Assembly: GCA_963840035.1 (NCBI GenBank)
Contig: CAWIXE010000002.1
Span: 832,001-896,000 of the forward strand
DNA length: 64,000 bases
Direction: 5' to 3'
Origin: a candidate division FCPU426 bacterium
GTDB taxonomy: Bacteria > Oederibacteriota > PGYV01 > Palsa-1178
Positions 1 to 10,050 of the stretch are shown piece by piece. The notes below the pieces were generated by a model. The model saw nothing but the letters and a program-made list of their open reading frames with translations, was not told where the DNA came from and ran no database searches. Position 1 is the first letter of the stretch; each line of letters opens with the position of its first letter. Position numbers and translations under genes: made by a program.

Positions 1-399
1 AGGGTCGGTTCGGAGGACTTTTTCAATACCGTCGCGGCATACTTTTACGAACTTATTGCGCATCAAATAATCCCCGATTTTCTTAACTCCAATTCCGGGA
101 TTTTCCAGCTTTAATTTGACTATTTCCGCTTTTACCGCTTCCGGTACTTCCTGCGCTACTTTGCCGCCGCGGTTATCTTCCAGCCCCTCTTCACCGCCTG
201 TTTTGTACCTTTCTTGCCAGCTTTTAAAAGTACCGACGCCCATTCCATACCACTTACAGAACATAGTAATAGGCGCACCTATCTGTTCAAATTCTTTTAG
301 CAGTTTTAGTTTTTCTTCTTTTGAGTAGATTTTACCGGCGGAGTCGCTTTTTGTGTATTTTCTCTTTCCCTTTTCTTTCTTTTTCTTCATGAACCACAT
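1..399 (-). mobile_element. IS transposase, N-terminal part (IS481/IS3-like HTH region), runs off the window edge
   Basis: Not in the ORF track. Manual translation from ATG at 399 (or 390) is open to position 1: MWFMKKKKEKGKRKY...YSKEEKLKLLKEFEQIGAPITMFCKWYGMGVGTFKSWQERYKTGGEEGLEDNRGG...PEAVKAEIVKLKLENPGIGVKKIGDYL. This fits the 'W..RY...G.EGL.D' HTH and 'I..L...P..G..KI' motifs. RBS GAGGAGG upstream. The DDE domain lies outside the window. Confidence 0.8.
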
Positions 400-401
400 A
401 T

Positions 402-440
402 ATTTTACCTCCTCTTTCGTTGAATTTCCAGAGGTAAAAT
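402..440 (-). promoter_or_regulatory. Hairpin overlapping the transposase RBS
   Basis: ATTTTACCTC (402-411) and GAGGTAAAAT (431-440) are perfect inverted 10-mers. One arm overlaps the Shine-Dalgarno. Confidence 0.55.
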
Positions 441-459
441 GTCAACCTATTTCAATGGG

Positions 460-3400
460 TTAGCAGTTATGATAATTGACGGCTAGGATAATGAAAAGCG
501 CCAGGTCATAACTGCCGTTTGCCAGCGATGATATGTCCCACACAGCCAGTTTGCCGCCGCTGTTTATCTGCATGTTCTTTGCAGTGGTTGTCACGGCGCC
601 TCCGGTGTATTCCTCTGGCAGTTCCAGATATGTGTATCCTTCATCAGGATTTCCGTTTTCATCCATAACCACATAGTCAGACGGCCTGTATCCGAGCATA
701 TATCCCCTGAAAGCCTCGCCGCCGGTGGCGATCCCGGTCACTGCAAGAGTATCACCGTCTGCCTCCGCGTTTAACACCATATCATCAGAGGCGGCTTTTC
801 CGCCTATCTGGTTTATCTGCGGCACTATCCTTCCTTTTACTATATAGCACGTGCCGGCGCATTCATTGCCGAAAACATCCTGAACGCGTATTTCCGCCCT
901 GTAAACGCCGTCAGGTACATATCCGTAACCGCTCCCCATATCGCCCATGCCGTCCCATGTGATGCCGTTAACCGGCGCTGAAAGCACACTGCGGTATTGT
1001 GAAGTATTCGCTGTATCCGTCAGGAAGTTATAAAAATAATATTTTTCTCCCCTGTACTCGTCTATGTCGCCGTATATGCCTGAGTAGCGCAGGGTTATGG
1101 CTTCCTTTTTTTCTATGCCGTCGTATAATTCCCTGACGACCTTTCTCTGCGACGGATTGCTTTCATTTGTGGTAATTCTTACATCAGCGTATACATACTT
1201 TGAAGTGGCTGCCATGGGCGTAAAGTATATGGCTGTGCATGTCCTGCCCTTTGACTCCTCTTCAGGGTTGAAAATAAACGGAGAGGCATACGGAGGGTAG
1301 CGCAGTACAGGCGGTTTGTCTGCCGGAAGAAGATAGTACTTTCCTTTTGCCTGAGCCACCTTTGTCATGGCAGTATAAGCGCCGGCAGGCTTCTGCGTCC
1401 CGGCTATGAGCGCCCTTGCTGTGGTGGTGACGCACTGCGCGCCGCATGTATTGCTCTCTGTCTCGTTATATATACCCAGATTATCAGCGATTATACTTTT
1501 TGCCTTTGCCTTTTCATCCGCGTACACATAATCAGCCGAACCTGATGACAATCCAAATATGGAATCAAGCCCGGGTATGTCAAGGTCTTCATCAGTGTAT
1601 CTTATGGTTATCTGCAGAGGCTCCGCATTATCGTACAGCAGTGTTGTATCCAGCGCGGGATATATGCCGTACTTGGATGTTATGGCGCTGTACATATCCG
1701 ACATAAGCGGCGGGCTGCAGGGTATGTTTTCAGAGTAGACATTTACGTACTGTGTATCCTTTACTTTCCACGCAGGAACAAAAAGCTCAAACTTTATGTA
1801 CGGGTCTGTCACTATGGTGCCTGCCGTGTTTGATACGTCTATAGGCGTGCCTATGGTCAGCTGCGCCCTGTCAACTTCCGCGTCCGCGCAGTCAGAGACG
1901 TAGTCATATCCCATGTTCACGTCGCTTATGGTAGTGCGTATGGTGTACTTGCCGTAGAGCCTTTTTGACCACACGTCCCATGCGGTCATAACCTGAAATA
2001 ACGGCCCTTCTTTCCTCTGATTTGAGGCTGTTATGCCGCCGTCAGTAGAAAAATATGTGCAGGAAGTATTTGCTTTATCTATCCAGCCGGGCGCGTATTC
2101 CATGCGCCACTCGCTTAGCTTTAGCGCGTCAGCGCCTCCCATGGCTGTGATAAATGACCTTCCGGTATATCTGCTTTTAAGCTTAAACCTAAACTGCCCG
2201 GAAGCGGGCACTTTATTGTCTGTGATTTCAGACCCGTTTATATCTGCCATGACAAGGTCAGGGTTTATAGTGTCGTCAGGATAGGTTACCCTCACGTCTT
2301 TTCCGCCGCATCCGGCCGCGGTTATGACATCGCTCATGGCGCTTTCCCCGAGCCGTGCTGAAAGGAAATTAATGATACCTCCGCCCTGAGCCGCGATACT
2401 CGCGCCTATCCCGAACAAGCCGTTATCATATGCCTTCCACTTGTATGATGTCATGGGCACAGCGCGCGAGCCGTCCTGCGGGAAGGATGTACCTGCAAGG
2501 TATGCTGTGAATTTCTTTTCCACTGTATACCCTCCGGCGTTCATGGTCCAGACATTTATGTTGTTTTTCCCGGCGTGCGGCAGGGGTATGTCCAGCGCCC
2601 AGTCAGCCTTGCCGCGCTTGCCGTCTGCCGTGGTCATCAGGGTGGTGTCTATTTTCAGGATTGTTGTTACCACCGGGCCGTTATCAGCCTGCCCGTACAC
2701 CTGTATGAACTGCGGGAAGTAATCAGAGGCCCACCCTTCCACATGCAGTATGGCCCTGTCAGTGCTTACCCCGCGTATAGCACCATCATAACTCTCCAGC
2801 GGCTTTTCCGCCTGCGGCCTGTAGGGATAAAAGACCCCTATTTCACCCGGCTCATCTATATCCTTCATAATCTGCTCGGGGTTCATCTGCTGACCCTTAC
2901 CGTAGCTTAAGGAACTCAGCATTTCATTTAGCAGTTCACCGAGGAACGGTATGAAATCAAGCTTTATGGGTATGGGCAGTTCCAGCTTCGGGAAATCAGG
3001 AAGTTTTAGTTCCTTCATTATTGCCGTGCCTTTTTTCGACACCTCATCACGCATGTTTTTTATAACCGGATTGTCGCTTCCAAGCTGATTTTGCACTGTA
3101 TTCAAGAGATTTCCGGGTTTTGTATTAAATATTGAAACTATTATTGGCCCTATGTTTGTAATGCCGCTTGTTATTGGCTCAGGTACATAGTGTAACATTT
3201 TCAATAAATCACCTATCAGACCCATCATTTCTTCATCCAGTGTCACAGGAGCCTTATCAGAACCGCCGCTTGCCTTTATGGTAAGTCTTTTTAGTTTTGA
3301 AAGGTTCGCGGATACAGCGGATAAATTCCTGTTACTGAATGTATCAAGCCATTTCCCGCCTTTTTGTATATCACTCTTTGTGCCGTCATACTTTTCTATA

Positions 3401-5325
3401 TAGTCTGCCACCTTTGTAGCCATGTCCCATATCTCTTTTTCCCAGTCTATGTCTTTTAAATCAGGTATAGAACTTGATTCACAACCGCCCAGTATGGACT
3501 TGGTTACAGTCTCAGAGCTTATCATGCTCTCTAACTGACTTGCTGTTATTTTATTTCCGCCAAACCCGGGAAAATTATTTCCACCCGGTATTTTATCTGT
3601 CAGTTTATCAAGCTCTGATGCACCTGCTTCCATGGCTTTACTTACTGCCCCATCTACTGCTTTAAAAGCATAGGCTTTTATGGTTCCCTCTGCCCATGTC
3701 TTGCCGTATCCGATGGCCCCCTGTAAAAGGTACTGAGCAAATCCCGGATTAGAAGTCATCTGCAATCCGCCAAGCAGAGCCATGCCTATGCTTACCTTAT
3801 TTGCTATTTTCTGGAATTCCATAACCCTGTCTATGGCTTCCTGATCTATCCCGCCCGCGCCGAGAAATGCGCCCGCGATGGCCACGCTTGCCAGGTCATC
3901 TGCCATTTGCATGTTATTTGTATTTCCCATGCCGTTGGGGTCTGTTAAGTAATTTAATACAGCGTTTCCGGACATACCGTCTGCTATTATCTTTGAGTTT
4001 GCGGGCGTATCTTCTGCATTGCCTTTTGGCATTATCATGTTCATAGCCCCGTCTAAGCCGGTGTCTATGGTATCACACGCGTTAAATTTTATATTATCAA
4101 GACCTTTGCTCATGTCGAGCTTGACGAAAAGAAGCTGGGGCGGTTTTACCCCCCTGAAATTCAGGCTTAAGTTAAACATCCCGGATAACTGCTTCCATAC
4201 ATCCGGCCCCTGAAGCTTATCAGGAAACCAGGCTATCTTCCACTTGGATAAATCCAGCCCCCATTTAAGTCCGCGTAAATCAGGCCGTGGTATTGCTTTT
4301 AATATCCCGGACAAATCAGGAACCTGCATACCAGGTATCCTGAATAACTTCCACAAATCAATCCCCGATAACTGCGGTAATATGCACAAATCCTGCCCCT
4401 GGTCATTTTTTAATCCAAGGTCACTTATAAAAGAAGCTAGCGTTGCCCCTGAAGCTATTTTCCCCGCCACAAAATCCGCGCTTTGCATGTTCACGCTTTT
4501 TAATCTTAACTTGTCACTTTCAGACATACAGGACAAATTGAGGTTGGGTAGCAGGTCTTTAATCGCTGCAAGAAGATCAAAACTGCCGAAGTTGATGTTA
4601 AGTTTGCTTAAAAGATCTTTCCAGTTTATTTTTAAGTCAGGAGCCTGGAAATCAAGGTTAAAAGAACTTGAGACCGAAGTCCCGGTTAAGGGTTTTACGA
4701 TACCTGTGTAATCCTGTCCTATTTTTTCAGGGTCAGCATCCGCGGATTTTATCATTGAAAATATATTAGTTTCATCCGAGCCAAGAACGCTGTGCTCATA
4801 CCCTTCCGCTTCATATAATCCATTATCTTTAAGTACAGGTGATTCTACAACTTGATCATTGAATGCCGCGTTATATTTGTCACTTACCTGCACGGCCAAA
4901 ACAATCGGGATAGACTCATTATTTTTAACGTTCGAGAGCAAAGAATCATATTCGGCTTTAGATATTTTTCCTTGGATTATTTCGGGGTATTCAGGATTAT
5001 TTTTTATTACATCGTATTTTATTATAGGTACTTCGTTTGCTTTTGGAAACTTTTTGTTCTTTAACGTTATTAATTTAGCGCTTAACTCTTCAGTAAAATA
5101 CAATCTTACGTCTAGGACGTTTTTATTGTCAGCACCTTTTGGCGGCTTTGATGCTTTTACACTTCTCAAAAAAAGATTGTTTTCAAATTTTACATTACCC
5201 CATTCAATCTGATAAACCGGATTACACCCCTGCATTATTTCAACCCGTTTTAGATAAACAGGACGCCACTTATAAAACTTTTCCAAGATGTCCTCTTCAG
5301 ACCAATTTTGGTCGCTTAGATACAT
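460..5325 (-). CDS. C-terminal part of a giant secreted multidomain protein (continuation of 5297-7660 after a frameshift); FlgD-Ig-like and other Ig-like domains; possibly truncated by the IS
   Basis: Begins MYLSDQNWSEEDILEKFY, the tail of a SpoIID motif. Contains ITWDG...VPDGVYRAEIRVQDVFGN (FlgD-Ig-like) and two 'WD...G.Y.L/I' Ig-like units. Ends abruptly next to the IS. Confidence 0.75.
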   Translation of the reverse strand: MYLSDQNWSEEDILEKFYKWRPVYLKRVEIMQGCNPVYQIEWGNVKFENNLFLRSVKASKPPKGADNKNVLDVRLYFTEELSAKLITLKNKKFPKANEVPIIKYDVIKNNPEYPEIIQGKISKAEYDSLLSNVKNNESIPIVLAVQVSDKYNAAFNDQVVESPVLKDNGLYEAEGYEHSVLGSDETNIFSMIKSADADPEKIGQDYTGIVKPLTGTSVSSSFNLDFQAPDLKINWKDLLSKLNINFGSFDLLAAIKDLLPNLNLSCMSESDKLRLKSVNMQSADFVAGKIASGATLASFISDLGLKNDQGQDLCILPQLSGIDLWKLFRIPGMQVPDLSGILKAIPRPDLRGLKWGLDLSKWKIAWFPDKLQGPDVWKQLSGMFNLSLNFRGVKPPQLLFVKLDMSKGLDNIKFNACDTIDTGLDGAMNMIMPKGNAEDTPANSKIIADGMSGNAVLNYLTDPNGMGNTNNMQMADDLASVAIAGAFLGAGGIDQEAIDRVMEFQKIANKVSIGMALLGGLQMTSNPGFAQYLLQGAIGYGKTWAEGTIKAYAFKAVDGAVSKAMEAGASELDKLTDKIPGGNNFPGFGGNKITASQLESMISSETVTKSILGGCESSSIPDLKDIDWEKEIWDMATKVADYIEKYDGTKSDIQKGGKWLDTFSNRNLSAVSANLSKLKRLTIKASGGSDKAPVTLDEEMMGLIGDLLKMLHYVPEPITSGITNIGPIIVSIFNTKPGNLLNTVQNQLGSDNPVIKNMRDEVSKKGTAIMKELKLPDFPKLELPIPIKLDFIPFLGELLNEMLSSLSYGKGQQMNPEQIMKDIDEPGEIGVFYPYRPQAEKPLESYDGAIRGVSTDRAILHVEGWASDYFPQFIQVYGQADNGPVVTTILKIDTTLMTTADGKRGKADWALDIPLPHAGKNNINVWTMNAGGYTVEKKFTAYLAGTSFPQDGSRAVPMTSYKWKAYDNGLFGIGASIAAQGGGIINFLSARLGESAMSDVITAAGCGGKDVRVTYPDDTINPDLVMADINGSEITDNKVPASGQFRFKLKSRYTGRSFITAMGGADALKLSEWRMEYAPGWIDKANTSCTYFSTDGGITASNQRKEGPLFQVMTAWDVWSKRLYGKYTIRTTISDVNMGYDYVSDCADAEVDRAQLTIGTPIDVSNTAGTIVTDPYIKFELFVPAWKVKDTQYVNVYSENIPCSPPLMSDMYSAITSKYGIYPALDTTLLYDNAEPLQITIRYTDEDLDIPGLDSIFGLSSGSADYVYADEKAKAKSIIADNLGIYNETESNTCGAQCVTTTARALIAGTQKPAGAYTAMTKVAQAKGKYYLLPADKPPVLRYPPYASPFIFNPEEESKGRTCTAIYFTPMAATSKYVYADVRITTNESNPSQRKVVRELYDGIEKKEAITLRYSGIYGDIDEYRGEKYYFYNFLTDTANTSQYRSVLSAPVNGITWDGMGDMGSGYGYVPDGVYRAEIRVQDVFGNECAGTCYIVKGRIVPQINQIGGKAASDDMVLNAEADGDTLAVTGIATGGEAFRGYMLGYRPSDYVVMDENGNPDEGYTYLELPEEYTGGAVTTTAKNMQINSGGKLAVWDISSLANGSYDLALFIILAVNYHNC

Positions 5326-7660
5326 AGCCCCCCCATGCGCTCATACCGCATTTGGAACCATTTAATAAGTCCGGCGGAACAGCTACGTCTGCTTCATCGA
5401 CAATATTTTCATGCAGATATGATTGAGCTTGTTTTATGACATTTTGTGAGCTTTGAATTATAGTATTTTTTGCGTTTTTCCCGGTTGAGTATCCAAATAC
5501 GTTAGTTAATAAATACGGAATTACCACTTTGTCATAGACACGCGTTCTTTTGAAATCATCTTTACTCATCAGTATTTTATTGAACCAAAAAGCCTTAACG
5601 TAGTATCTGATGTTTCCGTCCTGACTGATGGGCTTTGCTATATCATTTATGGCAAGGTTTATTAAATCCTTTGTTTTACTGCTGCCATAAAATGTTTTAT
5701 AAGGGATATAGTATTTCTGGCTGTCAGTATAACCATTTACTTTTATGTCCACATCAGAATTATTGTATGATTCATGTAATAATAAAGTGTAAGCCGCAAC
5801 AGCAAGCGCTTTAAAGCCATTTAAATATTTCGTGTCAGAAAAATCAGCATCACCAACCAGCCCATATAGTACGCCTTTTAAGTAATCTCTGATATCAACA
5901 TTCAGTATTTCAGGAGACGGAGTCGGTATAGGCACGCCAGTCTGAACAACCGTCGGAGTAATTGTTCCTGTTTCAATACTTGTAGCCGATGAACATGGTG
6001 TTAATAACACGATTTCCGTCGATTCTTCCGTAGGTATTTGATGCAGATCTTTAATAATGACTTTGTTCAGATAAAATACTGTTGCTGTCGGTGTTGGCAC
6101 AGTCGGGGTTGTAGTGCCGGACGGAGTTGCAGTGATTTTGCCTGAATATAAAACGAATTCTTTTGGCACTATAACAATTCTATGATTAGTATCCGCCCCG
6201 CCAAGATTAGTTTCATCTTGATCCTCCTCTGACATTTTGCTCTCATAACTCAGCCATTTTCCGTCAGAAGTTCTTTTTGCAACAGTCTCTGGATCCCGGT
6301 CAAGTTTATCCTGCATAAGACTATGTGCTTCTACAAATAAAAAATATTTGTCACTATATTTCCTCGCTTCTTCATCTGACAACTCACAACTCCCGGTCCA
6401 TTTAGTATATACCGTGCCACCGGCATCAACCTCCATCGGGTCGAACCAGCCATCAACAGAATCCGGTTTAAATTCGACAGTAAATTTACTATCCTTAGCA
6501 TTTTTTTTAAGACCAACTGATATTTTCTCTTTTCGCCATTGGCCGTAGTATTTTACAGTCATTGCCTTGCTAAAAAACAGTGTAATTCTGATTTTTCCCG
6601 AACCAATATTTCCTGTTTTAGTAATGCTCATAGGACCGCGGGCGGTTTCTATTCCGTTCGAGTCTTTCGTTACAGGCCATTCAGCAGCATACACAGTCTT
6701 CCAGTCTGCAGGGGTTTTGTCAACTTTATTAAAATCTTCAAATGTTATCTGTTCTAATTTCACTTTTTTCAAATATGGCGGGGACATACGTCGTGGTTTG
6801 TAATTTTCACCGCCATCCGATCTTTCTATATTGCATGATTCATAGTTTGCATTTGTTTTTAGTGTATACGCGCAATTAAAGACCCTCGGCATATTTCCAG
6901 ACAAATACTGATTATCAGAAGCATCTATCGTGTTTAAGGTATTTGCACTTGGTGGCTCAATCGCAATCGCAACATGATTTTTATTAGCTAACGGCCTTAT
7001 TATTAAGTCTCCGGGTCCTATTTCATTCCACATTAAGGGATCAGAAAAAATATCATTCGCAAGATGTCCTACCCCCGGATGCCATGCAATTCCGTTGGTC
7101 TTTACTATCAATGGAATTCCATAACAATTTGCAACAAGTCCTGAACAATCAATCCCGGTATAATCATACATTTCATATTCGCCATTAATCGGCGGACGAT
7201 AATTTGGATAAGGAGGATTATTTACAAGGTTCGAATCGTAAATTACGTTATATCCTCCCGCAAGACATTGCGGCCTTCTATTTGGAGTTAGGTTTGATAA
7301 CAATTTTCCGCCAGTCAGTTGTCTTCCGCCATCGCCCATGATTTCAAGCGAATCGCGCAAACCATAGCCATATGGGACGCCTGTATATAAATATCCTGCA
7401 GGAACTACATTGCCGGAATTATCAACCGCACCGACACCGTCGGGGAAGAATGGAAAAGGTGTAGCATTATTTCTATCACTTCCATCTACATTGGAAATGT
7501 CAGCATGCAATGTATTTGTAAACACCCTGGCGTTTGTTATGGAACACTTCCATTTATGATCACGGTAGCTTTTTGCCACTTCAACGACGTCATTCCCGTC
7601 TTTGGCAATTAATTCGCTACAAAACACACAAATCAGAAAAAAACTTAATAACTTTCTCAA
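5297..7660 (-). CDS. Secreted NlpC/P60-like plus SpoIID/LytB-like protein (N-terminal part of the frameshifted giant gene)
   Basis: Signal peptide (TTG start, RBS GAGGTG). VPYGYG...GIDCSGLV...PGDLI...HVAI is an NlpC/P60 Cys-His core. DYLKGVL...KALAVAAYT...GMSAWG is SpoIID-like. Confidence 0.75.
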   Translation of the reverse strand: MRKLLSFFLICVFCSELIAKDGNDVVEVAKSYRDHKWKCSITNARVFTNTLHADISNVDGSDRNNATPFPFFPDGVGAVDNSGNVVPAGYLYTGVPYGYGLRDSLEIMGDGGRQLTGGKLLSNLTPNRRPQCLAGGYNVIYDSNLVNNPPYPNYRPPINGEYEMYDYTGIDCSGLVANCYGIPLIVKTNGIAWHPGVGHLANDIFSDPLMWNEIGPGDLIIRPLANKNHVAIAIEPPSANTLNTIDASDNQYLSGNMPRVFNCAYTLKTNANYESCNIERSDGGENYKPRRMSPPYLKKVKLEQITFEDFNKVDKTPADWKTVYAAEWPVTKDSNGIETARGPMSITKTGNIGSGKIRITLFFSKAMTVKYYGQWRKEKISVGLKKNAKDSKFTVEFKPDSVDGWFDPMEVDAGGTVYTKWTGSCELSDEEARKYSDKYFLFVEAHSLMQDKLDRDPETVAKRTSDGKWLSYESKMSEEDQDETNLGGADTNHRIVIVPKEFVLYSGKITATPSGTTTPTVPTPTATVFYLNKVIIKDLHQIPTEESTEIVLLTPCSSATSIETGTITPTVVQTGVPIPTPSPEILNVDIRDYLKGVLYGLVGDADFSDTKYLNGFKALAVAAYTLLLHESYNNSDVDIKVNGYTDSQKYYIPYKTFYGSSKTKDLINLAINDIAKPISQDGNIRYYVKAFWFNKILMSKDDFKRTRVYDKVVIPYLLTNVFGYSTGKNAKNTIIQSSQNVIKQAQSYLHENIVDEADVAVPPDLLNGSKCGMSAWGGYVSKRPKLV

Positions 7661-7674
7661 AAAAACACCTCGGT

Positions 7675-8871
7675 TTATTTATTTACTTTGGATAATTTTA
7701 TAATTCTTAATTTTGCCATACAGTCTTCACTTAAAGGCTTCCAGCATACGCTTTGCACCAAAAAAATTGTTCCATTATCATCAATAGTACCGTTTTCATT
7801 ATATTCTTCTGGAAAAATACCACATGGTCCTACCCAGTCCTTGCCCTTTCGAAACAACTCTGTTTTAATTTTTGAAATTAATCTGCCATCATTATTGACG
7901 ACAAAAATACCGCTTAAATCTTTGTCATTGCCAGTATATATATATACGTATATATTCCCGTTTTTGTCATACAGAGCACTATTATTGAGTGTTTGACACT
8001 GCACAAATTCAAAAATATCTTTTATTGATTCTATGTTAACTCGATAATTATTCTTGTTTTTTCCATAGGCGTTTATCGACGCCGTGTGTTTTGCCAGACC
8101 ATTATTTTCTTCTTTTTGAAAAGCTGTTTTACTAATTGTCCTTGAATATCCTAAATCCACAAATCCTTTTTTCATTTGTTTCGCTAGTTCGTCATTTTCA
8201 ATCTTTAAATCAACAACCCTGCTGACTAAACCAGCATCGTTTAGCACTTCTACAGTCCTATTAACAGAGTCATACAAATATATCGACCCGTTCTCAGCGA
8301 CATGTAACGAGCCTTTATTTATCATGGGTTTCATATTATCTGTTACTTTGTTCTTTTTTAGTTTATAAGGATTGCTTATAAATATTTGTTTCAAAAAATT
8401 TCCATTTAAATCAAACTTCTGGATTCTCGCATTGCCCTGATCAAGTATGTATATAAACTTGTTCGTAATTTCTACAGCAACTGCGCTATATATCAAAAAA
8501 GTACCCGGTGGGGTTCTGTTATTGCTTGTGTACTCATAAATATCATCATTATTTTTATCGTCCGACCCCATTATTGTCTTACCTTTATAATGTATTCTGT
8601 AACCAGCATCTTTTCCAACAAAAGGCGCGTCCATTATCACCTTGTAATCATACTGCACAGGCAGTTTTGTGTCGTCTATCTCCGATAAATTGAGATTTAC
8701 TGTTATTATCTCGCCATCCGAAGCTGTTCCTGTCAAACTATCGCCAGATGATACCAGTGTTGAGGTTACTGAAACGGCAGTAATCTCAGACCCCACAGCT
8801 GCCATCCTCCCCTGCGCCATAACAACCGCGCAAAGAAGCGAAATTATACAAATAAAAATGATTTTTTTCAT
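7675..8871 (-). CDS. Secreted NHL/6-bladed beta-propeller protein
   Basis: Signal peptide. IYILDQGNARIQKFDLNGNFL is an NHL repeat. Further D..G.IY blades follow. Confidence 0.7.
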   Translation of the reverse strand: MKKIIFICIISLLCAVVMAQGRMAAVGSEITAVSVTSTLVSSGDSLTGTASDGEIITVNLNLSEIDDTKLPVQYDYKVIMDAPFVGKDAGYRIHYKGKTIMGSDDKNNDDIYEYTSNNRTPPGTFLIYSAVAVEITNKFIYILDQGNARIQKFDLNGNFLKQIFISNPYKLKKNKVTDNMKPMINKGSLHVAENGSIYLYDSVNRTVEVLNDAGLVSRVVDLKIENDELAKQMKKGFVDLGYSRTISKTAFQKEENNGLAKHTASINAYGKNKNNYRVNIESIKDIFEFVQCQTLNNSALYDKNGNIYVYIYTGNDKDLSGIFVVNNDGRLISKIKTELFRKGKDWVGPCGIFPEEYNENGTIDDNGTIFLVQSVCWKPLSEDCMAKLRIIKLSKVNK

Positions 8872-8888
8872 GTTTCCTCCAGTTTTAT

Positions 8889-10040
8889 TTACGGTATATA
8901 TTTTAAAATTTTGCCTTTATTGCTCTGTCTGTACGCAACATATGGCGTTCCGCTATAAACTGCAAGCGAAACAAATTCAGAATAATTTGTAATACTACTG
9001 TCTGCAAGTTTCGTCCATATAGATTGCGCGTTGTCATATCTGTATAGTATTATTTGATAACTTTTTGCATTTGTCATTCCAAAAGCCACGTAAGGTATAT
9101 CATTGTATACATCAATACTAGCTTCGCTAACGTCAGATGATACGTCATTCCCAATTGTGTTCCAAGAACTATTTCCGGTATTATATTTAAATAAATTAGG
9201 CACTCCGACATCATCCGTTGCAAAAAATAATGTTCCATTATTTGACGACTTTATGGTTTGAAACAGAAACGATTCTGAAAAACCATTTGTTCCAATTGGA
9301 TTCCAAGCATTCCCGAGGTTATCAAAAGAAACCACCGAACATAAACCATCTGAATTGTTAGAATAAGAAACATAAGGTATATTGTTATATATATCAATCG
9401 CCGTATTAAAAACAGCCCCAGAAGTAATTCCCGGGCTATATAGCGCAGTAAAACTATTTCCTGAAGAATCAAATCTCATGACTGTTAGTTTATTTGAATT
9501 TGCGGCATCCTTGTAGGCGATAAATGGCGTGACACCATCTACAGCAAAGGAATTCTGTTCTGCAACCCCCGCCGAAAATCCGTACTTCCCCATTACAGTC
9601 CAAGTATTCCCAACACTGTCATACTTCATAACCGTCGCTTTTGAAGAGTTTGCAACGTCACTGAAAGCCACGTACGGTACTCCGGATGTGTCTAAATCCA
9701 TGCACACATAATCTGCCTCACCGGGTGATACCGCCTCGGCTCCCACCTGTGTCCACGCGCTTGCGCCGCTCACGAGCTTTTTTACCACGGCTTTCTTTGA
9801 CTGCCCTTCATCTTTATATGCCACATACAGCGTCCCGGCAGAGTCTGCTTTTAAGGTCACATACTTAACATCCGTATCACAGAACACCCCTCCGGCCACA
9901 GTCTCCCAGTGTACCGGCGTAGGTGAAGGATCCGCCGGAGGCGCTGCCGGGTTATTGTTCTTTTTCCCGCATCCAGGCATAAGAGCAACCGCGATAAATA
10001 CAACCAGTAAAACTATTATAACCTTGTTATTTTTTTTCAT
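8889..10040 (-). CDS. Beta-propeller lipoprotein
   Basis: Lipobox-like MPGC. Repeated G.PYVAY/F.D...K..V..Y....W..G blades. Confidence 0.7.
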   Translation of the reverse strand: MKKNNKVIIVLLVVFIAVALMPGCGKKNNNPAAPPADPSPTPVHWETVAGGVFCDTDVKYVTLKADSAGTLYVAYKDEGQSKKAVVKKLVSGASAWTQVGAEAVSPGEADYVCMDLDTSGVPYVAFSDVANSSKATVMKYDSVGNTWTVMGKYGFSAGVAEQNSFAVDGVTPFIAYKDAANSNKLTVMRFDSSGNSFTALYSPGITSGAVFNTAIDIYNNIPYVSYSNNSDGLCSVVSFDNLGNAWNPIGTNGFSESFLFQTIKSSNNGTLFFATDDVGVPNLFKYNTGNSSWNTIGNDVSSDVSEASIDVYNDIPYVAFGMTNAKSYQIILYRYDNAQSIWTKLADSSITNYSEFVSLAVYSGTPYVAYRQSNKGKILKYIP

Positions 10041-10050
10041 TTTCCCCTCT

